The notes under the pieces were generated by a model. That model did not search any database and was not told the origin of the DNA. It worked only from the letters and a program-made list of their open reading frames with translations. Shown piece by piece: positions 7,888-15,200 of a stretch of DNA of 29,092 bases. Where the stretch lies: IMG/VR virus record IMGVR_UViG_3300006851_000019, positions 1 to 29,092 of that record, one strand, 5' to 3'. This DNA is from a virus. Lineage: Duplodnaviria; Caudoviricetes. Position 1 is the first letter of the stretch, and the number at the start of each line of letters is the position of its first letter. A program made the position numbers and the translations under genes.

Positions 7888-8643
7888 ATGTTTAGAATCT
7901 ACAAAGGTGATGAAGTTGTTGTAGAGGGTGAAAGCCCTCTTAATATCACCGGATTAGAACCGAATACAGCAGTATCGGCAGGTGAATATGAGGCGGTAAG
8001 GGTTGAGGATGACAGGGAGTCTGAAAGAGTGGATATCCCTGCATTCACCACGTTGCCGATTGAGGTAACAGGCGTGTCTGTAAACCCAACAAGCTTATCA
8101 CTAGACACGGGAGACACAGGAAACCTAACAGCAACCATTTCTCCATCCAATGCTACAAATCAAGGTGTATCGTGGCAGTCTAGCAATACAGATGTAGCCA
8201 CAGTTAACGATGGCGTTGTGACTGCTGTTAGTGCAGGGAGCGCTACAATCACCGTTACAACCAACGACGGAGGACACACGGCAACTTGTGAGGTAACTGT
8301 AACGGATCCAGTGATTAATGTGACGGGAGTCGCTCTATCGCCGCAAACGTCCAGTGCAGAGGCAGGGACAGCAGGGAATAGACAACTAACCGCGACTGTT
8401 TCGCCAGCTGATGCCACAAATAGCGGTGTGTCTTATTCGATCGCACCAAATACAAGCGGTTTATCTGTCAGCGCCAGCGGATTAATTGAATGGACCGCAG
8501 ATGTGCCTGCAGGTACTTATACAACAACTGTGACCACAGACGACGGTGGTCACACGGATACGCATGTATTAACATTAACCGAACCAGAGCCAGAGGAACC
8601 AGAAGACCCTGAAGATCCAACTGATCCAGAAGAGGGTGATTAA
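7888..8643 (+). CDS. Virion decoration protein: N-terminally incomplete FN3-like domain, two Ig-like (Big_2-type) domains and an acidic Pro-Glu tail
   Basis: ITGLEPNT....Y FN3 signature; VTGVSV.P..L.L..G....LTATI.P.NATN..V.W.SSN..VATV..G.VTAV.AG.ATITVTT.DG is a Big_2 pattern. Confidence 0.88.
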   Translation: MFRIYKGDEVVVEGESPLNITGLEPNTAVSAGEYEAVRVEDDRESERVDIPAFTTLPIEVTGVSVNPTSLSLDTGDTGNLTATISPSNATNQGVSWQSSNTDVATVNDGVVTAVSAGSATITVTTNDGGHTATCEVTVTDPVINVTGVALSPQTSSAEAGTAGNRQLTATVSPADATNSGVSYSIAPNTSGLSVSASGLIEWTADVPAGTYTTTVTTDDGGHTDTHVLTLTEPEPEEPEDPEDPTDPEEGD

Positions 8644-9038
8644 TGGTGGTTTATCTAACCTATGAGGAATTCAAAGAGTTGTCTCATTCCGATATTGATG
8701 AATCGACGTTCAATAGCTTAATTAAAAAAGCTAGTGCGGTTTTAAATAACATCACTAGCTATTTTTATGTCAAAAATGACATTGCCAAAGATAATGAATG
8801 GCGTGTGAATCAATTTAAACAAGCCTTATGTGCTCAAATTGAATACTTTCATGAATTAGGTGCTTCTACCTTTGAGGGCATTAATAAAGCTCCTCAGTCA
8901 TTCAGCGCAGGTCGTACAACGGTTACTAATGCTAGTCGCTCAAGCGGCGAAGGAGAAAATAAGTCTCTCGTGGCAGAGGATGTTTATATCTACTTGGAAG
9001 GGACTGGCTTACTCTATTCAGCCGTGAGCGTATGGTAA
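8643..9038 (+). CDS. Head-tail adaptor protein
   Basis: YLTYEEF start, FKQALCAQIEY, L.GTGLLY end; synteny. Confidence 0.8.
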   Translation: MVVYLTYEEFKELSHSDIDESTFNSLIKKASAVLNNITSYFYVKNDIAKDNEWRVNQFKQALCAQIEYFHELGASTFEGINKAPQSFSAGRTTVTNASRSSGEGENKSLVAEDVYIYLEGTGLLYSAVSVW

Positions 9039-9373
9039 TGACTAAAGTGCCTGCTGAATTCTGTATTGACAGCTTCGAGTACAAGGAGTATCTAGGTGAG
9101 AATAATTGGAGTGAGCCGGAATACGCCGACCCGGTAACTATTCGGAATTGCCGAATAGATCGCGGTTCAGAATACACGTCAACCACAGCAGGAAAACAGT
9201 TGCTTTGGAACGCGGTTATCTTTTGCTATGAAGGTATTACCACGCCTATCCCTAATTTTACAACGCAATCTATCCTCACTTTTGACGGTGTGGACCATGT
9301 AGTTACAAAAGTTATCCCGATCTATGAAGCGTATGAGAAAAATCTCTACTCCTATGAATTGGAGGTGGTGTGA
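9032..9373 (+). CDS. Head-tail joining / head-closure ('minor capsid') protein
   Basis: Synteny, size, C-terminal SYELEVV. Confidence 0.75.
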   Translation: MVMTKVPAEFCIDSFEYKEYLGENNWSEPEYADPVTIRNCRIDRGSEYTSTTAGKQLLWNAVIFCYEGITTPIPNFTTQSILTFDGVDHVVTKVIPIYEAYEKNLYSYELEVV

Positions 9374-9702
9374 TGGTGCAAGTGTCGATTGATCTCAATA
9401 GAGCAAAAGTAAAGATGTCACAACAGAGCGTACAGCGCGGCAGGTATGCCCTTGCTAACCAAGCTATGGCGGACATGAACCAGTTTGTACCGATGGACGA
9501 GGGAACTCTTAGGCAGACGGCTTCGGTTGATGTAACAGGTGAAGCAATCAGCTACAACACCCCTTATGCCCGTAGATTGTTCTACATGCCGATGTACAAT
9601 TACACCACACCGGGAACAGGTCCACGTTGGGATATGAAAGCTAAACGGATATTTATGAGTGATTGGATAAGGGCGTTCACAAAGGGGGCTGATTGGAATT
9701 GA
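9373..9702 (+). CDS. 'Minor capsid' / tail completion protein (HK97 gp10-like position)
   Basis: FVP.DEG.LR, YNTPYARRLFY, TTPGTGPRWD motifs. Confidence 0.8.
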   Translation: MVQVSIDLNRAKVKMSQQSVQRGRYALANQAMADMNQFVPMDEGTLRQTASVDVTGEAISYNTPYARRLFYMPMYNYTTPGTGPRWDMKAKRIFMSDWIRAFTKGADWN

Positions 9703-10093
9703 TTTCATTGAAAGGCTAACTGAAAGGGTAAACGATATACCAAATCTTCCTATCGATTGTAAGATGGGCTATCTTGGTATAGATGAGTCGTTCGTTGTTT
9801 ATCCGTTACCAGGCAGTCGAACGGTTTCAGAATTCATGGATGGAACGAAAGAGCAACACTTAAACTTCGAATTCGCAATGAAGTCACAGCTTCAAAGTAA
9901 AATTCATACTACTTTGTGGCTCGTTCAGAACGAATTAGACGAGTTGGAAGAGTTAGAAAGTCATGACGGTAGCTTTGAATTCGAGGAATTAATCATAACG
10001 AACAAGCCTTTTATCAATCAAATTGATGATCAAGGTTGGTTCGTTTTTTTGTTGGATATTCAAGCCAATATAACAGTTTTCAAGGAGGAATAG
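9698..10093 (+). CDS. Tail terminator / 'minor capsid' protein, probably starting at a non-canonical ATT
   Basis: Frame open from 9671 with no ATG/GTG/TTG until 9764; SD AAAGGGGG 9681-9688 then ATT GAT TTC ATT GAA AGG; YPLPGSR....MDG motif. Confidence 0.75.
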   Translation: MDFIERLTERVNDIPNLPIDCKMGYLGIDESFVVYPLPGSRTVSEFMDGTKEQHLNFEFAMKSQLQSKIHTTLWLVQNELDELEELESHDGSFEFEELIITNKPFINQIDDQGWFVFLLDIQANITVFKEE

Positions 10094-10097
10094 AAAA

Positions 10098-10550
10098 ATG
10101 GCTAGATTAAAAAACGCTGAGCGTAAACACTATGTGCAAGCATACGAACCAGGACAGGATGAGCCGGGGGAAGAGTGGTTTGAATTAGCTCACCTTATTT
10201 CTACCATCGGCGACGATACTCAGGAAGAGACAGAGGACGAAGCTTTCTATGATGGGGATGGTACGCCAGAAACGACTGTTACATCTGTTGCTCAAGCCTA
10301 CACACCAGAGGGTTACTATGACCCAGAGGATGAAGCGCAGGAGTTGATTGCAAGTTTGAAATTTAAAACAGGCGATGGACGTAAGATTTGGCACCGCGTT
10401 GTTCGTTCTGATGGCAAGAAGGAATGGGTAGGTGTGGCAACAGTGACAGCGATTGTTGCAGGGGCAGGAGACGCAAGCGCTTATGAGACGTTTAGCTGTA
10501 ACATTCGTTTTGATCAAATCCCAGAGGAGACTGATTTATCGGGGGAGTAA
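10098..10550 (+). CDS. Major tail (tube) protein
   Basis: YDGDGTPETTV motif, G.YD.ED.AQ, synteny; ends LSGE*. Confidence 0.9.
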   Translation: MARLKNAERKHYVQAYEPGQDEPGEEWFELAHLISTIGDDTQEETEDEAFYDGDGTPETTVTSVAQAYTPEGYYDPEDEAQELIASLKFKTGDGRKIWHRVVRSDGKKEWVGVATVTAIVAGAGDASAYETFSCNIRFDQIPEETDLSGE

Positions 10551-10612
10551 TAGCCCCGGTGGTTGACAATGTATCTCCCACAACAAATGGGGCGATTGTG
10601 ACACTAGAATAA
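10539..10612 (+). other. Putative programmed -1 frameshift site (TCG GGG GAG TAA) giving a tail tube with extension GVIAPVVDNVSPTTNGAIVTLE
   Basis: -1 frame open 10541-10612; 13/22 identical to the capsid extension; terminator begins at the -1 stop. Confidence 0.75.
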
Positions 10613-10636
10613 GAGGGGTTTATACCCCTCTATTTT
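10612..10636 (+). terminator. Intrinsic terminator after the extended tail-tube frame
   Basis: AGAGGGGT-TTAT-ACCCCTCT followed by ATTTT. Confidence 0.7.
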
Positions 10637-10655
10637 CATACTAGGAGGTTGAAAA

Positions 10656-11108
10656 ATGGTAAAAGTTGATATACAGCGAACAGGCTTTCCCGTGACGATT
10701 GGAACACTAGAATTGTGGTTCGATAGCTCAATCGAGAACCTAAGACGCTTCTTCAATGTTGATGAAATAGCGCAGGAGAGATTAAAAGAAGCACAGGAAA
10801 AAGCGAAACATATTCATTTTCCATTGGAAGTAAATGTTGAAACTATCGACAACATCGACGTAAAAACAGTAGACGCTGCCTTTGATGTGAATAAGGAATT
10901 TATAGCTGCACAGTACGATATCATTTTTGGTGATGGGACTTTCAAAAAGATTTACCAGCAATACCCGGACATTCTAGCACTAGAACAGGCGTTAGACCCA
11001 CTTGGCGCTGCCATTGCTGAGCGTATCGGAGAAATGGAAGAAGAGCGAACAGAAAAGATTGAAGCGAAGAAGAATGAATACTTGAAGAAAAAAGCACAGA
11101 AAAAGTAG
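10656..11108 (+). CDS. Tail assembly chaperone
   Basis: Follows the tail tube; IFGDGTFKKIY motif. Confidence 0.75.
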   Translation: MVKVDIQRTGFPVTIGTLELWFDSSIENLRRFFNVDEIAQERLKEAQEKAKHIHFPLEVNVETIDNIDVKTVDAAFDVNKEFIAAQYDIIFGDGTFKKIYQQYPDILALEQALDPLGAAIAERIGEMEEERTEKIEAKKNEYLKKKAQKK

Positions 11109-11116
11109 GTGATTAA

Positions 11117-11686
11117 ATGCGTCTCAACGACCCTTTAGTCACTTCTTTTTCATATGACGGCAAAGAATATGAAATCGATTTAGCTTTCGATAATGTACTC
11201 GATGTGTTCGATGTTCTTGACGATGAGACGCTAAGAGGATACGAAAAGGCTGAAATATGTCTTTCTCTGTTAGTAGGAGAAACATTTACGGGACTTGAAG
11301 CCGTCGAAATGTGGAATTATGTTTACGAAAAGTACATTAAAATTGAAAGTAAGAAGCCGATTGAATATGACTTAAAAGGAAATCCTATGCCCGTTCAAGA
11401 GGACGAGGAAACGGAGCGCTTCATTGATTTTGAGCAAGACGCTGAACATATCTACGCTTCATTCCGCCAGGCCTACGGAATGAATCTGTATGAACAGCAA
11501 GGAAAGCTTTCATGGAAAGAATTCCAAGCTTTGTTGAGTGGTTTGCCAAGCGATACGATTATGCAACGAGTTATTCAAATTCGATTGTGGAAGCCGTCAA
11601 AAGGTGATACAGCCGAATACAGAGAAAATATGCGGAAGCTACAGAAAATTTATGCGTTAAACGACATGGAAGATACCCCCGAGTAA
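11117..11686 (+). CDS. Gp15-family tail assembly protein
   Basis: Y.IDLAFDNVL, DFEQDA..IYASF.QAYG.NL, L.W.EF.ALL.GLP.DT....IQIR. Confidence 0.85.
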   Translation: MRLNDPLVTSFSYDGKEYEIDLAFDNVLDVFDVLDDETLRGYEKAEICLSLLVGETFTGLEAVEMWNYVYEKYIKIESKKPIEYDLKGNPMPVQEDEETERFIDFEQDAEHIYASFRQAYGMNLYEQQGKLSWKEFQALLSGLPSDTIMQRVIQIRLWKPSKGDTAEYRENMRKLQKIYALNDMEDTPE

Positions 11687-11728
11687 TGGTAAAATTTACT
11701 TACTACTTATGGTTATGGGGGGATTGTG

Positions 11729-12211
11729 ATGAAAAAGGGACTGATTTTACTTTTTAGTGTGCTGTTCTTGGTTGGTTGTGGTGACACTGATATCGAAAGT
11801 GAAACAGGAGTAGCGGAGACTGAAGAGGAAGAAAAGAGAGAGGAGATGTTAGAAACGGAAGTAATGTTGTATCTTTCAAAAATGACAAATAACTATTCCT
11901 CCGCATTTATAGCAACTACCTCAATAGATGAAAAGAACGAATATCTTACTAAAGCAATAACTGATATAAATTTAGCGGTTCTCGAAATAGAAGATGAGTT
12001 CGAAGAAGGCGCACCACCAACAAAAGAATTATTCGAATTAGCGGAGTTACTAAAAATTGCCATAGAGTCAGAAATAGCGGGTGACAATGAAAATGCGCAC
12101 AAGTACTCACATGAGGCAGGTGCAATAATAGGAGATTTATCCAGAGAATATTTAGATGGAGAGTTGCCGACAGCTCTTAAAATTATGACAGGTTTAGATG
12201 ACGCAAATTAA
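11729..12211 (+). CDS. Lipoprotein moron of unknown function
   Basis: MKK + hydrophobic stretch + lipobox LVGC; extended -10 TGGTAAAAT at 11687-11695; own terminator. Confidence 0.85.
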   Translation: MKKGLILLFSVLFLVGCGDTDIESETGVAETEEEEKREEMLETEVMLYLSKMTNNYSSAFIATTSIDEKNEYLTKAITDINLAVLEIEDEFEEGAPPTKELFELAELLKIAIESEIAGDNENAHKYSHEAGAIIGDLSREYLDGELPTALKIMTGLDDAN

Positions 12212-12223
12212 CACGAATTATTC

Positions 12224-12251
12224 AAGACATCTCATACGGGGTGTCTTTTTT
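12224..12251 (+). terminator. Intrinsic terminator of the lipoprotein moron
   Basis: AAGACATCTC-ATAC-GGGGTGTCTT followed by a T run. Confidence 0.75.
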
Positions 12252-12280
12252 CATGCCTAAAAAGAAAGGAGGCGAACGTA

Positions 12281-15200
12281 TTGGCAGATGGAAATATCCG
12301 TATCTCGATAGATGTGGACGGCAGGCAGGTCAATGTAGCTTCAAAAGAGTTAGATAACTTGGGGGCTGCTGGTCAAAAGTCAGGGCAAGGCGTTAAGGAA
12401 ACAGAGGAAAGCCTAAAAGGCGTTGGCGACCAGTCGAACAAGGCAAGTGGAGGTATAAGAAAGTTTGCTACGGCGCTCGGACTTGTTGCAATAGGAGCAG
12501 CTGCATTTAAAGTTTTACGCGGTTCGATGGACGACGCTATTTCTCGTTTTGACACTCTCAACCAATTCCCTCGTGTGCTTGAAGGTTTAGGTGTATCGGC
12601 GGAGGAAGCAGAACGTTCAACAACTAGGCTAGCAGAAGGTATTGATGGCTTACCTACTCTTTTAGATGATATTGCAGGTACAGCGCAGCGCATGTACACC
12701 TCCTTTAATGACATGGATAAAGCGACAGACTCGGCACTAGCTTTAAATAATGCTTTGTTGGCTTCTGGGGCAAGTACAGCAGACGCTCAACGTGGGACAG
12801 ATCAGTACATTAAAGCACTTCAAACAGGACAAATGGACATGCAGACGTGGCAGTCACTACAGCAAACGATGAACTTGGGACTTGTGAAAGTTGCAGAGTC
12901 CTTCAATATGACAGAACAACAATTGTACGAGGCACTTCAAAATGGACAAATATCTATCTATGATTTTAATGACGCTATGATTGAGCTTGGAACAGGAACA
13001 GGTGTTTTGGCAGACTTAGCGCGAGAAAATAGCACGGGTATAGCTACTTCATTTTCCAACTTGCGCGTAGCGGCTGCCAGAGGAATTGCACATGTCATTG
13101 AAAAACTGGACCAACTTTCACAAAATGTAACAGGAAACACGATTGCAGAAAATATAGATTCTATGAAAGATATCGTTTTTAGTGCTTTTGAAATGATAGG
13201 TTCAGTCATTGAAAGCACCACACCAGTTTTTTTATTTTTCGCTGATGGTGTGGCAATGGCGATACCAGTTGTCCAAGCACTAACACCTGCTATTGTCGGC
13301 TTGATGAGTGCTTATGCGGCGTACACAGTCATCACAAAAGTAACTGCTACAATCCAAGCCTCTAATGCCGTACTAAGAACAGCCACGGCGGCTAAAACAG
13401 GACTTACACTTGCGACGCAAGCTCAGATTACAGCACAAGCTGCCTCTGCTACGGCAACAAAAGCCGAAACCGTAGCTATTGCTGCTAAAACTGGGACGGT
13501 CAAATTGAGTACGTTAGCAATTGGAGTTATGACGGGGACTATTTCAGCCTCTACTGCTGCTAAGACGTTGGCTACTGCAGCAAGCTATGCACTAGGCGCT
13601 GCTTGGCGGTTCCTACTTGGTCCAATCGGATGGATTGTTGCTGGAATAGGCGCAATAGTCACTGCAACGATTGCTGTCGTCAAGTGGTTCAACCGAACAA
13701 GTGAAGAAGCAGAGAGGCTTAATGATGAGACTGAAAATCTTGGTTCAAGTACAGAGGCATTGGTTGATTCAATTAATAGTTCTTCTGAAGCGTACCAAAA
13801 CAATCAGCGGGATATCCGAACAACTGCTGAAGCTAATCAAGAACTGATGAACAAAGTCGAAGAATTAGCAGAGAAAGAAAACAAGTCTGCTGCCGAAAAG
13901 CAAATGCTTTCCAGTTATATAGACGAATTGAATAACTCAGTCGAAGGCTTGAATCTCGCATATGACGAAGAAGCGAATGCGCTCAATCTTTCATCGGAGG
14001 AAATGCGAGCAAGGATAGAATTAATGAGAGAGCAAGAGAAGGCACAAGAAGCGCAAGAGCGTCTGACTGAGATACTGAGAGAGCAGTCAGAAGTTGAACA
14101 GCAGCTTGCTGAGACAACTGAGTTGCGAGAGGAATGGAATAGAAAGCTAGAAGAAGGAGCCGTCACAGGTAGAGAACACCAACAAGCGTTAAAAGAATTA
14201 GAGGAACAAGAACAGACTCTAAAAGAAACCAACGATGAATTAGCCAATCAATATGAAGAAGCCAAAGCTACTATGTCTACAGCTATGGAGAATGTCACTG
14301 AAGCAGTTGAGAACGGCGTCATTCTCCAGACGCTTGCCTTTGAAGATTTATCCGAAGCACAACAGCAAATTGTAGATGATATGTCATCTAAGTGGGAAGA
14401 GTATAAAGATGCAGCCACTGATATGTTTAATACGTTATCTGACGAAGTGGAAATCACAGCAAGTGAAATGGCCGATAACTTAGAAGAGAACCAGCGCATT
14501 ATCAGCGAATGGGCTGATAATATCGCCATCCTTGCTGAACGCGGTGTCGATGAGGGTTTGCTTGACACATTGCGGGAAGCAGGACCAGAAAGTGCCGGGC
14601 ACGTTAACGCGCTTGTTAACGCTTCTGATTCAGAACTAGAAAGGTTGAGCGAAGCATTTTCTCAAGGTGGAGAAACAGCTACAGAAGCCTTAAGTAAGTC
14701 GCTGGGCATTGAGGAATCCGGTGTGATGGACGCAATCAGCCATTTAGTCACTGACACCGAAGACTCCTTAAGACAGCAAGTAGAATCAGCTGGATTTGAA
14801 GAAATTGGCGGATCCGTACCAGAAGGTTTAGCAGAGGGGATCGAAAGTGGTTCGGGAGAAGCCGAAAATGCCTCCAGGCAAATGGCAGATGATACAACAG
14901 ATGCGGCTAAAGGTTCTTTAGGTATTAACAGCCCATCTACAGTATTTCTCGAAATCGGTGGTAATGTCACAGAAGGCTTAGCACTCGGAATCACTCAAGG
15001 CTCATCGAACGTATTGCGAGCCGTTCAAGATATGTTCAATTCTGTACAACGAGAATCCATTCGAAGTTTTGAAAATATCACCAGTGATTACGATAGCGCA
15101 GTTGACGATATAGAAGAATCTCTTCAACGTTTGCCAGAAGTCACTATTGAGGCAATGGACAATATGCTCGATAGACTGAACGACGGAGCTGATTCTCACG

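Noticed and set aside
7813-7890. Stop-codon readthrough fusing capsid to the Ig protein (same frame)
   Set aside because: Three in-frame stops (7813, 7816, 7870) intervene, and the conserved coding signal is in the -1 frame
11090-11119. Classical tail-chaperone G/GT -1 frameshift at the A-rich end of ORF 10656 (CAG AAA AAG TAG)
   Set aside because: The -1 frame reaches TAA (11114-11116) immediately before the Gp15 ATG and the +1 frame reaches TGA; Gp15 has its own SD-like AGGTGA
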